Source of the DNA: a virus
Direction: 5' to 3' (one strand)
DNA: 64,000 nucleotides
Virus record (IMG/VR): IMGVR_UViG_3300025785_000013
Span: 1 to 64,000 of that record
Positions 22,574 to 33,300 of this stretch are shown piece by piece. The number at the start of each line of letters is the position of its first letter. Positions within the stretch are counted from its first letter, which is position 1. Position numbers and translations under genes: made by a program. The notes beneath the pieces are model-generated. The model ran no database searches and was not told the DNA's origin. It saw nothing but the letters and a program-made list of their open reading frames with translations.

Positions 22574-23371
22574 ATGTCCTCAACCCCTGTTTATCTCGGT
22601 GAGAAGCCCGACGGAGTATCACCAAGTCGGGTAAGCCAATTCAAAAACTGCCCTCGCCAGTACCAGTACGTCTCGGTGGAGAGACTGCCAGAGAAGAAGG
22701 GTGAGGCTGCATACCGGGGAACTATCTTCCACGCCGTGCTGGAAAACCTGTTCCGTGACGAAGCCCCCGAAGACCGGACAGTGGACAATGCGATGAAGCA
22801 CTTCCGTTCGCTCTATCGGGAATATATGACCCCCGAAGCGATTGAAGAACTTGGCTTCGATGAAATCCGTGTGCAGAAGTACGCTGCCGAAATCACCAAG
22901 TTGATTCGCACCTACTTCACGATGGAAGACCCCAGTTCGATTGACGTGGTTTCCACCGAAATCCGTTTGGACTTGGATATGGGCGACTTTGGCCTGCGAG
23001 GAATCATTGACCGGCTAGACCGGCTCCCAGATGGCACACTCGCCATCCGTGACTACAAGACCGGCAAGGTTCCAAAGCCCCGGTACGAATCCAAGGCATT
23101 GGAAGCGTGTCAGGTGTACGCCTACCTGTGCGAAAAGGTTTACGGTGAACGGCCCAGCGTGATGAGCCTTATCTACGTCAAGGATGCAGTCACCATCGAA
23201 AAAACCGTGACGGACATTGACATCCGGGATGCTGAAACTCGTGTGCGTTCCGTGTGGGCAGCCATTGAGCGAGCCTACGAGACTTCCAATTTTCCAGCAC
23301 AGCCATCCATCCTGTGCAACTGGTGTTCGTTCCAACAACGCTGCCAAGAGGACAACTACTCCGTCTTCTAG
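22574..23371 (+). CDS. PD-(D/E)XK RecB/Cas4-like exonuclease
   Basis: SPSRVSQFKNCP, GTIFH, RGIIDRLD, DYKTG, CNWCSFQQRC; TATGGT 7 nt before ATG 22574. Confidence 0.9.
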   Translation: MSSTPVYLGEKPDGVSPSRVSQFKNCPRQYQYVSVERLPEKKGEAAYRGTIFHAVLENLFRDEAPEDRTVDNAMKHFRSLYREYMTPEAIEELGFDEIRVQKYAAEITKLIRTYFTMEDPSSIDVVSTEIRLDLDMGDFGLRGIIDRLDRLPDGTLAIRDYKTGKVPKPRYESKALEACQVYAYLCEKVYGERPSVMSLIYVKDAVTIEKTVTDIDIRDAETRVRSVWAAIERAYETSNFPAQPSILCNWCSFQQRCQEDNYSVF

Positions 23372-23402
23372 GCCCTCGGCAAGCGCAATATCGCGCTATT
23401 GC

Positions 23403-23430
23403 TTGACACTTCCAAAAAGTCTTCTACGAT
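23403..23430 (+). promoter_or_regulatory. Promoter of the capsid operon
   Basis: TTGACA-16-TACGAT. Confidence 0.6.
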
Positions 23431-23476
23431 TTCAGTAGTCAAGCCCTAGATGGGCAATGAATCGTTAGGAGATGGC

Positions 23477-24253
23477 GTGGCTCGTAAGTTAGTCCGTCTG
23501 AACATCAAGGAGACTTCGGGCGTTGACCGCCCGGCGCACCTCCACGATGGCTGGGTAGTGATGAAGTCTGCCAATCCTTCTGACGTTGCTGCGGTTCTTG
23601 ACGAAGTTCGCCCCGAAGACACTGAAATCGAATTGGCAGATGATGCCAACGACGAAGTGGAAGTCGAAGCGAACAAGGCAGTAATCCCCACCCTCGTTTC
23701 CAAGGAGGAAACTATGTCTTTCACCCCAGAGGTGTCAACCCCAGAGGTTGTCATCATCCCTGAGGCTGCGAGCGAGGCTGACATCATTAAGGCGATGCCT
23801 GCGGCTATCCGCAAGATGCTGGATGACGCTTCGGCTAACGCCGAGGCTGCACTCCGCAAGGCTGCTGCCTCAGAGCAGGCTCTTTTGGCCGAGCGTGACG
23901 CTCGTGCTGACGAGGCTGCCGTGATGAAGGCTGCTCAGTGGTCGCACCTGAACATTGACCCCACGATTGTCGGCCCTGCGCTTCGTCGCTTGGCTGAAAA
24001 CGATGGCACCCTCGCGAACGAGGTTGTCAAGGCACTTGACAGTGCCAACGCTTTGCTTGAAACCAACGTGGTTTTCACTGAGGTTGGTTCCGACGCTCCT
24101 GTTGCGAGCGACGATTCCTACTCCAAGATGGAGAACCTCGCGAAGGCTGCTGTTGCTTCCGGCACGGCCCCGTCCTTTGAGGCTGCTCTGCTGGCTGTTG
24201 CCCAGTCGAACCCAGACCTCTACACCCAGTACCTCGCTGAAAAGGCTCGATAA
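23477..24253 (+). CDS. Capsid scaffold with an XkdF-protease-associated N-terminal segment
   Basis: AGGAG RBS then GTG; LVRLNIKETSGVDRPAH..VVMKSA; acidic helical body; C-terminal NPDLYTQY; lies before decoration and capsid genes. Confidence 0.75.
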   Translation: MARKLVRLNIKETSGVDRPAHLHDGWVVMKSANPSDVAAVLDEVRPEDTEIELADDANDEVEVEANKAVIPTLVSKEETMSFTPEVSTPEVVIIPEAASEADIIKAMPAAIRKMLDDASANAEAALRKAAASEQALLAERDARADEAAVMKAAQWSHLNIDPTIVGPALRRLAENDGTLANEVVKALDSANALLETNVVFTEVGSDAPVASDDSYSKMENLAKAAVASGTAPSFEAALLAVAQSNPDLYTQYLAEKAR

Positions 24254-24255
24254 AT

Positions 24256-25017
24256 ATGGCTTGGGAACAAAATCCATACACCGTCAAGGTTTCGCTGGTT
24301 GCCGATTCGTCGCTTTCGACGCAGGTTAACTCGGCTGGAACCCCGGTCTTCACCCCGCAGTTCCGCTTCGTTTCCCTTGGTTCGACCAGTGCGACCATCA
24401 CTGCGAACGTGACCGCTGGTAGCAACTCGGTGTCGGTGACCGGTACCACGGCGACCCCAGCAGCATTTGCTGGAATCGTCCCCGGTGCGCTCGTCACCGC
24501 GCCAGCCGGTCTTGCTGGTGCAACGGTTGTCGGCATCAACATTGCTGCTGGCTCGTTCACCATCTCGCAGGCTGCTCCCGGTACCACCGCAAGCGCTTCG
24601 ATTACCCTCACGGTTCAGGGTCAGCCTGCTAGCCAACCTGTTGCCACGGCGATTGTTGCCGGACAGACTGCTCCCGGCACGACTGCCGTGAACGCTGGTG
24701 GAACCGGCCCCAAGGCCATCGGTATTCTTCAGAACCAGCCGGTGTACCGCACTGCTGCTGGCGGCAACCTTGAAGCCCTCGCTGAGGCTGAGGTCACCCT
24801 TTCGGGTATCTCCAAGGTTGTTTGTGGTCTTGCTGTGACCGTCGGTCAGGCTCTGACGATTGACACCTCTGGCGCAGTTGTCCCTGTCACCTACCCAACG
24901 ACTGGTTCTTACGCCAGCCCTACCTCGTGGGTTTACGGTACTGCGCTTTCCAGCGGTGCTCAGGGTGACCTCATTGCGATGGCTGTCACGGCTTCGGCCC
25001 CGTCTCGCAACGCATAG
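24256..25017 (+). CDS. Head decoration/cement protein with inserted beta module
   Basis: QFRFV...AIGILQNQP...AEVTLSGISKV..AVTVGQAL; between scaffold and MCP. Confidence 0.7.
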   Translation: MAWEQNPYTVKVSLVADSSLSTQVNSAGTPVFTPQFRFVSLGSTSATITANVTAGSNSVSVTGTTATPAAFAGIVPGALVTAPAGLAGATVVGINIAAGSFTISQAAPGTTASASITLTVQGQPASQPVATAIVAGQTAPGTTAVNAGGTGPKAIGILQNQPVYRTAAGGNLEALAEAEVTLSGISKVVCGLAVTVGQALTIDTSGAVVPVTYPTTGSYASPTSWVYGTALSSGAQGDLIAMAVTASAPSRNA

Positions 25018-25038
25018 GTTTAGAAAGGAACCTGAACA

Positions 25039-26118
25039 ATGCCCCAACCAAACGTTCAAAATGTTCACATTGACGCGATTCTGACCAACATTTCAGTCGC
25101 GTACTTGCAGAACACCGACAACTTCATCGCTGACAAGGTTTTCCCTGTCATCCCGGTGGACAAGAAGTCCAACCTGTACTTCAAGTACACGAAGGATGAC
25201 TGGTTCCGTGACGAGGCTCAGCGTCGTGCTGATGGCACCGTCTCCGCTGGTTCTGGCTACGGCCTCACCACGGACACCTATATGGCCGACGTGTGGGCTT
25301 TCCACAAGGACATTGGTGACCAGACCCGTGCCAACTCCGACAACCCCCTCAACCCCGATATGGAGGCGACGCAGTTCATCACCCAGCGTCTTCTTCTCCG
25401 TCGTGAGGTTCAGTGGGCCAGCGACTACTTCCAAGCCGGTGTCTGGGCCTTGGGTGTCAATGGTCAGCCCGCTACCGGTTCTACCGCGGCTGTTAACGCT
25501 GGTACTGCCGTGTGGCAGTGGGATGACTACGTTGGTGCGACGGGTACCTCGTCGTACACCAACGGTGGAACCTACTACTCCAACCCGATTGCGGACGTGG
25601 AACTCGCCAAGGCTGCCATCTTGCAGACCACGGGCTACGAGCCGAACACCCTCGTGCTTGGCTACCGTGTCTTCCAAGTGCTGAAGAACCACCCGCTTCT
25701 CGTTGACCGCTACAAGTTCACTCAGGCCGGTGCCATCGTCACCGAAGACCTGCTCGCCCAACTCTTTGGAGTTGACCGAGTGCTGGTCGCCAAGGCTGTC
25801 GTGAACACGGCGAACGAGACGGCGAGCGACCTGCTCGGTGTTGGTGTTGCTTCCAGCAACTACAAGTTCACCGTCGGCAACAACGCCCTGCTTGCCTACA
25901 CCGCCCCGAACCCCGGTGTGATGACCCCCTCCGCTGGCTACACGTTTATGTGGACTGGCGTGTCGGGTGGCCTCGGTACCACGGTTGGTGTGAGCCGCTT
26001 CCGTATGGAGGAACTGAAGGCAGACCGAGTTGAAGGTGAAATCGCCTTTGACAACAAGGTTGTCGCAGCCGACCTCGGCTACTTCTTCAGCAACATCATC
26101 GGTGGCACGGCCATCTAG
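25039..26118 (+). CDS. Major capsid protein (HK97 fold, lambda gpE-like group)
   Basis: AAGGA RBS; VHIDAILTNISVAY..FIADKVFPVIPV..PNTLVLG..DLGYFF; strongly biased codons. Confidence 0.92.
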   Translation: MPQPNVQNVHIDAILTNISVAYLQNTDNFIADKVFPVIPVDKKSNLYFKYTKDDWFRDEAQRRADGTVSAGSGYGLTTDTYMADVWAFHKDIGDQTRANSDNPLNPDMEATQFITQRLLLRREVQWASDYFQAGVWALGVNGQPATGSTAAVNAGTAVWQWDDYVGATGTSSYTNGGTYYSNPIADVELAKAAILQTTGYEPNTLVLGYRVFQVLKNHPLLVDRYKFTQAGAIVTEDLLAQLFGVDRVLVAKAVVNTANETASDLLGVGVASSNYKFTVGNNALLAYTAPNPGVMTPSAGYTFMWTGVSGGLGTTVGVSRFRMEELKADRVEGEIAFDNKVVAADLGYFFSNIIGGTAI

Positions 26119-26137
26119 CCTCTAGTAGGCTAGGGGT

Positions 26138-26494
26138 ATGAACCCCGAACCACGCTTCACACACAGAATCGCCAAAGTGTACCCAGCCGGTGCCTTTGGC
26201 GATTCTGTGTTTGGGCCGAACAATCTCGTCTCCACTGAAACGTGGACACGACGAGGATTTGACCACATCGAACTGTACGGATGGGCAAGGCCCTTGACCC
26301 CGTATGAATTGGAACACCTTGACGAGGAACTGGCTGCTGCCGGGTGGGTTTGGCCCCCCGTGGAAGCCGAGCCTGAGGTGGAAACCGTTGTTGAGCCTGA
26401 GGCTGTAGACGAGCCTGTTGTGACCAAGGCTCCGGCCAAGAAGCCAGCAGCGAAGACGGTGAAAAAGGCAGTCAAGAAGCCAGCCACCGAGTAG
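26138..26494 (+). CDS. Hypothetical protein with acidic and Lys/Ala-rich tail
   Basis: TAGGCT 6 nt before ATG. Confidence 0.6.
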   Translation: MNPEPRFTHRIAKVYPAGAFGDSVFGPNNLVSTETWTRRGFDHIELYGWARPLTPYELEHLDEELAAAGWVWPPVEAEPEVETVVEPEAVDEPVVTKAPAKKPAAKTVKKAVKKPATE

Positions 26495-26531
26495 CCACAG
26501 TTTACGGCAATACTGGTGATACGATTTCCGT

Positions 26532-26792
26532 ATGTCGCTGCGAGATGCTGAAAAGCGTATTGAGCAATCATCCACCTGTCGCTTCGCAGACTTCCTGAAG
26601 TCGTTAGACAAGGATGACACTGCCACGCTGAAATCGTGGATTGAACTCCAAAAGCCTGCTGGCTGGATTGCCAGAGTGGTCACTGCCGACGGCAAGAAAC
26701 TCAACGAGAAGACCCTGAAGCGTCACCTTGACGGCCAGTGTCAATGCCCTGCTGAATCCACCCACAAGGGGGCGTATCGTGTCGCTAAGTGA
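26532..26792 (+). CDS. Hypothetical protein (small HTH/Cys motif)
   Basis: TACGAT 6 nt before ATG; RHLDGQCQC. Confidence 0.65.
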   Translation: MSLRDAEKRIEQSSTCRFADFLKSLDKDDTATLKSWIELQKPAGWIARVVTADGKKLNEKTLKRHLDGQCQCPAESTHKGAYRVAK

Positions 26793-28020
26793 CGCAGCAT
26801 CGTCATTGCCACAGCGTCACGTCAACACCATTCCAAAAGGAACTGAGCCATCGTTCCAATGGAATGGCAACGAGGGCTACATCACCTCACCGCTTCTCCC
26901 CAATGAGCCAGACCCGGCGTTTTGGGAAGTCCTTATGCAGGACTGGGGGCTTTCACCAGACACTACGGAAGTCGTAGACGGCTCCGTCAATATCCGTGGC
27001 TGGGATGCCAATATGGGCCGAGATGCAGACGGTCACCCAACCGTGCATCGAATGAAGTACTACCGAGCGCAGATTCGCCGTCGCCAAGGTGGTGAACGCT
27101 CCATCAACGTGGACACGTTGTGCGAGAAGATTCTGAAGCGCAAGCCACTGAAGTCCGCCCCAAGTGTAAACAGCAACCGTGCATTGGTAGTCACTTTTTC
27201 CGATTGGCAGACAGGAAAAGGGGAAGGGGGTGGCCCAGATGCAATGACCGAGCGCATCTGCCTCGCCCAAGACCGTGTGGTGGAACGGGTCAAGGAACTG
27301 CGTAAGGCTGGTCGTGCGCCTAGCCATATCTACATTGCTGGAATGGGCGACCTCGTGGAGCAGTGCGACGGTCACTACGATATGCAGACTTTCCAAACCG
27401 TCCTCACTCGTCGCCAACAGAAGGACTTGGTGGTCTACCTCATTGACCGGATGGTGGAATTGTTGGTAGACAATTTCCCCGATATCCAAATCATCCTCAC
27501 TGCCGTTCCGGGCAATCACGGTGAAAACCGCAAGAACGGCAAGGCGTTCACGGACTGGTTGGACAACGACGATTTGGATGTTTTCACCTCAACGTACCGT
27601 TGTTATCTGAAGAACCCAGAACGCTACGTCAATGTTTCGATGCCCCAGTTCGACGGCCTCGTTCAGGAAGACTTGACTATCACCTTGGACATCTGTGGTG
27701 TGCCAGTGACGTTCGCTCACGGCCACCAATTTGGAAAGGGCAACGGTGGAGGCACGGTTGCCAAGATTGAGGCGTGGTGGAAAGGCCAAGTAATGGGTCG
27801 CACTCCGGCTGCGGACAGCGCAATCCTCATCTCTGGCCATTATCACCACTTCGTCGCATCTGAAGGCACTGGTCGCCAAGTGTTCCAATGCCCAGCGATG
27901 GATGGTGGTTCTAAGTGGTTTACAAGCCAGACGGGTGCAAACTCCCCTGCTGGAATGTTGACGGTTGGTATCGGACTTGACTACGGCTCTCGTGGCTGGG
28001 GAGATTTACTGATTATCTGA
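26779..28020 (+). CDS. Metallophosphoesterase (Mre11/SbcD-like)
   Basis: SDWQ, GDLVE, GNHGE, HGHQ, GHYHH motifs. Confidence 0.88.
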   Translation: MSLSDAASSLPQRHVNTIPKGTEPSFQWNGNEGYITSPLLPNEPDPAFWEVLMQDWGLSPDTTEVVDGSVNIRGWDANMGRDADGHPTVHRMKYYRAQIRRRQGGERSINVDTLCEKILKRKPLKSAPSVNSNRALVVTFSDWQTGKGEGGGPDAMTERICLAQDRVVERVKELRKAGRAPSHIYIAGMGDLVEQCDGHYDMQTFQTVLTRRQQKDLVVYLIDRMVELLVDNFPDIQIILTAVPGNHGENRKNGKAFTDWLDNDDLDVFTSTYRCYLKNPERYVNVSMPQFDGLVQEDLTITLDICGVPVTFAHGHQFGKGNGGGTVAKIEAWWKGQVMGRTPAADSAILISGHYHHFVASEGTGRQVFQCPAMDGGSKWFTSQTGANSPAGMLTVGIGLDYGSRGWGDLLII

Positions 28021-28400
28021 TGGCGTATTACTTGTGCGGCCCGATGCGGGGTCTGCCCCACTCCAACTTCCCTGCCTTTGAAGAAGCGCGGGAACACCTC
28101 AGAAGCCTCGGATTCGACGCTCTTTGCCCCGTAGAGGCTGCCAAAGAGCGATTGGGTGCTGATATCCAAGCCGACGATTCTAACTACTACGACCAAATGT
28201 GGCACTGCTTCGATATGGTGCAGCGTTGCGATGGTGTAATCGTGCTGCCGGGTTGGGCGAAGTCTGAAGGCGCAAAGGCAGAAGTACTGGTTGCCGTGAA
28301 CACTGGCAAGCCGGTTTACGCCTACCACAAGCACCGCCCCCACGTTTTGGAAGAACTGGTCGGCGTGAAAATCACCACACGGGCAGAAATGTTGTCGTAA
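28020..28400 (+). CDS. DUF4406 / nucleoside 2-deoxyribosyltransferase-like protein
   Basis: YLCGPMRG..NFPAF..CDGVIVLPGWAKSEGAKAE. Confidence 0.8.
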   Translation: MAYYLCGPMRGLPHSNFPAFEEAREHLRSLGFDALCPVEAAKERLGADIQADDSNYYDQMWHCFDMVQRCDGVIVLPGWAKSEGAKAEVLVAVNTGKPVYAYHKHRPHVLEELVGVKITTRAEMLS

Positions 28401-28912
28401 TGGGAATCGGCGTACCCCCACCGTGGATTGACGGTACCGAAGAAGACGATTGGGAAGATTGGTACGACCCACGCAATCCTTGGACACCACTCCCCGGCGT
28501 TCGTACAGGAGCAGAACTCACTCGTGGTGAAAAAGCAGCCGACGCTATGCGAAACAAAATGGGTTCGTGGGCGTTCGTTGGTTGGTTCGTCGTGTTTATG
28601 GCGAGTTGGGCAGTCCTGAATAGTTTTGCCTTGAACAACAATGGCTTTGACCCGTACCCGTACATCTTGCTGAATCTGTTCTTGTCAATGCTCGCCGGTC
28701 TTCAGGGGGCCATCTTGCTGATTGCCGCCAAGCGAGCCGATGCCATCGCAGCAGAGCAGGCCCTATCCCACTTGACAATCTCTAAAGCAAGTAGTGAAAT
28801 CATTGCTGCGGTCAAAAAGGACTTGGCTTCCAATACTCACTTGACGCACGAGATTCACGCAGCACTGAAGGACATCCAGCACTACATTGCCGAAAGGGAG
28901 AACAATGACTGA
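28400..28912 (+). CDS. DUF1003 membrane protein
   Basis: GSWAFV..FDPYPYILLNLFLSMLAGLQGAILL. Confidence 0.85.
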   Translation: MGIGVPPPWIDGTEEDDWEDWYDPRNPWTPLPGVRTGAELTRGEKAADAMRNKMGSWAFVGWFVVFMASWAVLNSFALNNNGFDPYPYILLNLFLSMLAGLQGAILLIAAKRADAIAAEQALSHLTISKASSEIIAAVKKDLASNTHLTHEIHAALKDIQHYIAERENND

Positions 28913-29453
28913 CATCAACCGTGTTTCACCACACCCACGCCGTTCGATGGAGGAAATCAACCAATTCCTCGCACAGGAGAACGAGAACATCCTGAACTGG
29001 AAAGGTACGAACACGGCTGGCAGTGCTATTCAGGCACCCTTGAAGTCAACGATGACCAAGCGTCTCGTCACGGCTGGTGGTGGCCGTCGAAGGGCTGGCT
29101 CCGGGTACCAATTCGCTTCATCACCGGTTGAGCCAGAGTTCCCCGAAGGTGGCGACCCACGCTTCCGTGCAGTCCTGTCCGAGATGCTGAAATTGCATAT
29201 CTCTAAGAGCAACGACTACGGCACGAACCGTGACCCCTATGCCAACTACCGGGCTGCCGAACAAATCGGCGTTTCAGCGTGGAAGTCCTGCTTCATCCGA
29301 GGTTTGGAAAAGGTGCAGCGCATCGCTAACGCAGCATCGGGCAAGCGTCTGAACCACGAGAGTGCTGAAAACTCGTTCCTCGACCTTGCCAATCACATTG
29401 TCATCGCCAAGGTTCTCTACGACGAGGAACAGGACAACAAACGCCAAATCTGA
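28905..29453 (+). CDS. DUF1599/Nmad1-like (MazG-type all-alpha NTP-PPase-like) protein
   Basis: LHISKSNDYG..DPYANY..KVQRI..SFLDLANH. Confidence 0.65.
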   Translation: MTDINRVSPHPRRSMEEINQFLAQENENILNWKGTNTAGSAIQAPLKSTMTKRLVTAGGGRRRAGSGYQFASSPVEPEFPEGGDPRFRAVLSEMLKLHISKSNDYGTNRDPYANYRAAEQIGVSAWKSCFIRGLEKVQRIANAASGKRLNHESAENSFLDLANHIVIAKVLYDEEQDNKRQI

Positions 29454-29507
29454 AATTGTGTGGCAAAATGGGGGGGCAACTACGCTTACCCATAGGAGTT
29501 TTACCAG

Positions 29508-30290
29508 ATGGCTCTTGCTGCTCAGGCATTTCCAAACGAAGGTCTTGACCTTATTTTTAGCCAGTTGGCCATCTACTCCGGTGGTGTGACTACCCCGCAG
29601 ACAACGGGCCTCAACCCTTACTACATCGGTCTTTTCACCTCATCCAGTGGCCTTGGAACGCAGGTTCCTTACGGTGCAGCCACTCTCGCTGTCGTTGATT
29701 CAGCCACGGGCTACACGGGAACCTACACGACGAACGGTGGTGGAACCGGTACTGGTGTCACTTTCCGTGAACTGGGAACTGCTAATTCGACTGCTGCCGG
29801 GTACGCACGAGTGAGTGCGACGTACAGCCTGAGTTCGACTGCTGCTGCGACTGGTGCGACGAGTGGTACCTTGACGGCACTTTCAGCAACCGCTACTTGG
29901 ACGCTCACGGTTAGTGCAACTGCCGGTCTTGCCGTTGGTATGAACATCACGGTCACCGATTCCTTGTCGGCGCAGGAGACACGAGTTATCACCAACATCC
30001 CAACGGGTAGTTCCATTGTGGTTCTCTCGGCTGCGCTCTCTGCGACCTGCAACTCTGGCGCAGCGTGGACTGCTGGAGATGCTGTAAACGGTCAGAAGTC
30101 AACTGCCCCAGCCGTCACGTTCACGGCCCAAGGCGTTTGGCCTGCCGTGTGTGGCTACTTCATCACCAACGTTGCAAGCGGTACGTCGGGCAAGATTGTC
30201 TACATTGCAAACTTTGCCGACACCTCAACGCCTATTCTCAACCCCAACGATTCACTGACGGTCACGCCTACTTGGTTGATGAGCAACTAG
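29508..30290 (+). CDS. Virion structural (fibre-associated) protein
   Basis: AGGAG RBS; YIGLFT..GYARV..VTFTA..W..GYFI..LNPNDSLTVTP. Confidence 0.65.
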   Translation: MALAAQAFPNEGLDLIFSQLAIYSGGVTTPQTTGLNPYYIGLFTSSSGLGTQVPYGAATLAVVDSATGYTGTYTTNGGGTGTGVTFRELGTANSTAAGYARVSATYSLSSTAAATGATSGTLTALSATATWTLTVSATAGLAVGMNITVTDSLSAQETRVITNIPTGSSIVVLSAALSATCNSGAAWTAGDAVNGQKSTAPAVTFTAQGVWPAVCGYFITNVASGTSGKIVYIANFADTSTPILNPNDSLTVTPTWLMSN

Positions 30291-30318
30291 GGAGGTGAAA
30301 TCCCCTAGGGGATAGACG

Positions 30319-33300
30319 ATGGCTCGCACCCCTTATACACAGAACTCATACGTCGGTGGAGCATACGCTGCCACGCTGACGGGGAGCATCAACAGTTCTA
30401 CGTCAACGATTTCACTGACGTTTTCCGGGACGCAGTACTCATCGTGGACTGGCCTCGGCATCGCCACTTCACCAAGTGGAGCGACGGCCAACGCTGGTTT
30501 CTTCCTGTCCATTGACTACAACTCGGCCTCTGAAGAAAAGGTCTGGGTTCCAGCGCAGACGATTTCGTGGACTACTTCTCCTATCACGCTCACTGGGGTT
30601 GTCCGTGGTCAAGACGGGACATCAGCAGTAAGCCACCTTGCTACGGCTGCCGTCATCCCTGTTCTGACAGCCTCTGACATTTCAGAAGGCAACTACACGG
30701 TAAGCCAGACCGTTGGCCAAGTTCAGGCAGTCGGAGACATCCTCTACGGTTCAACGGCTCAGGCGTTCAGCAGGCTTCCAATTGGTTCTGCCGGGCAGGT
30801 TTTGGTTGCAGGCACGACTGGGCCGTTCTGGTCAACAACGAACACCAATGCCCACTCATCAGTGATTGTGGCTGACTTTGGTACCGGGGCAGCAGTCCTT
30901 GTCGGCACCAATGCTTCGTACACAGCCGGTACTACCGATGCCAGTGGTGGTTTGGGTATCGGCGCAAGAATCACGGGAAACAGCACGGGAACGCTGACAA
31001 TTGACGGGGTGGGTCTGACTGGTTCCTACGCTAACTCCCGTGTGTTGATTGCTGGAAACACCAGCACGCAATCTAAGTACAACGGCATTTACACGCTCAC
31101 TACCGTTGGAAATACCACCACTCCCTACGTCCTCACCCGTGCAACTGACTACAACGACAGCATTGCTGGCGAGGTTGCTCCCGGTGACTACGTTCTTACG
31201 ATTCAAGGAAGTTCCTACGCAGGCCGAACGTTTGTAATGAACGCCACTGGCTCCGGTGCTAGTGGAATCACCATTATTGGAACCGACCCCATCACTTGGG
31301 TGCAATCCGGTGGTGTCGGCCCGACAGGGCCTACTGGCCCTACCGGTGCTGGTGGCACACTAGGCTACTACGGTTCATTTTACGACACCACCACGCAGTC
31401 AGTAGGTTCTGCCAACACGCCTACGGCAATGACCTTCAACACCACGGCGGAGAACAACGGTGTCTCCATCACCAGCAGCAGCCACATTTTGTTTGCCAAC
31501 GCCGGAACCTACAACGTGCAGTTCTCGGCGCAACTCACGCAGACCGATAACAGCATTGACCAAGTGCAGATTTGGCTCCGCAAGAACGGCAGCGACCTCA
31601 CAGAGACCAACACCACGGTCACGATGGACAAGCAGAACAGCGACAAAGTTGCCTCGTGGAACTTTGTGCTTACCGTCGCAGCCAACGATTACTTGCAACT
31701 TATGTGGGAATCTAATTCCACGAGTGTGACGTTACTGGCTCAATCTGCGGGTAGCAATTACCCTGCTACGCCTTCCATCATCTTGACCGTACAGCAAGTG
31801 ATGTACACCCAGATTGGCCCTACAGGGGCCACAGGTGCCACTGGAGCCACTGGAGCCACCGGCCCGACTGGTGCTGGCTACTCAGGTGTCACTTCAACCT
31901 CTACGGTCAACCTCGGCACGGGAAGCGCAGTTTTTTCCGGTATCACCTCAACCGGGGCGTTCCAAATTGGACAGCGCGCTCGTGCCATCTCTACGGCGAA
32001 CACGAGCCAATACGTTGAAGGCACCATCACGGCGTTGACGGCCAATACGTCAATCACCATCAACGTAGATACGTTCGCTGGTTCGGGCAGCCCGTCATCG
32101 TGGTCTATTGCCGTTGCTGGAAACGTTGGCAACACCGGGGCAACCGGGGCAACTGGAGCAACAGGTGCAACTGGAGCAACCGGGGCAACTGGTGCTACAG
32201 GAGCAACGGGTGCGACGGGTGCAAGTGGTTCGTTTGGAACAGCAAACGCTCCACTCTCCCTCTCTGGCACGACGCTTTCCATTTCCAATGCTACGACGGG
32301 TGCAAGTGGTGTAATCACGCTCGGCGGCGACCTCAACGCAACGGGTTCGACGGCAGGAACTCCCCGTGTCGGTTCGTGGCAAGGACAAGCCTTCACCACC
32401 GGAACAACGGCTGGTCAAGTTTACATCTTCAGTGGCACAACTTGGGCAGCCACTTCCCTTTCTGGCGACGTAACGGTTTCGGCTGCTGGAACTGCCACCC
32501 TTGCCACAACCGGCCCCGGCGCAGGCACTTACGGCTCATCGGGTTCGACTATCTCCCACGCCATTATTTCACTAGACGCAAAGGGTCGGGTCACAGGTGC
32601 AACATCAAGTCCTGCAAGTCTCGTCGCAGGTGTTCTAAACGCAACAAGCGCAACAACTTGGACTGCCTCGGCATCTGATAACGGACAGTTCGTTCGCTTC
32701 AGCAGCACAGTCGTTGTGACCCTTCCGGCAACGGCTCCTTCAGCCCCTTGGCTTGCCACCTATTACGGCTCAGGCTCGCTCACGATTACACCAAGTTCGC
32801 CAGCGACGCTCAACGGTTTGTCATCGTCGTATTACCTATCGTCGGGTATTCCAGCACTGGTTTGGACAGACGGAACCAACTACTTCGTGCAGCCATCTAT
32901 TTCAACAGGAAACTGGACCGCTACTTCCTATCTGAACGCAACTCAATACATCACTGCTGCGAATACACTTCTCACCCTCGGCAACAAGGCGGTCTATAAC
33001 GGAACCGTATCAACGGCACTGACCCTCAACTCTGCTTCAACAAACAACTACATTCCGCAAATCCTCGTCAATGGCTCTACCCAGACGGTTTACCTCTTGC
33101 CGAATGGACAGGTGACGGGTTCACCAAGCATCCTCAACGCTTACGGCACGACCTATGCGGGCTATGTCGTTGGGGTTGGCGGCATTTCCACCAACGGAAC
33201 CATTTGGACAGTCACGACTGGAACAACCCACAACTTCTTGACCGGGCAGACAGTTTACCTTGGTGGCATTTCTGCCGGTGGCTCTACTGCCTACAACGGT

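Noticed and set aside
22574-23371. Cas4 as part of a CRISPR-Cas locus
   Set aside because: No array or other cas genes are present; solo RecB/Cas4-like nucleases are common in actinophages
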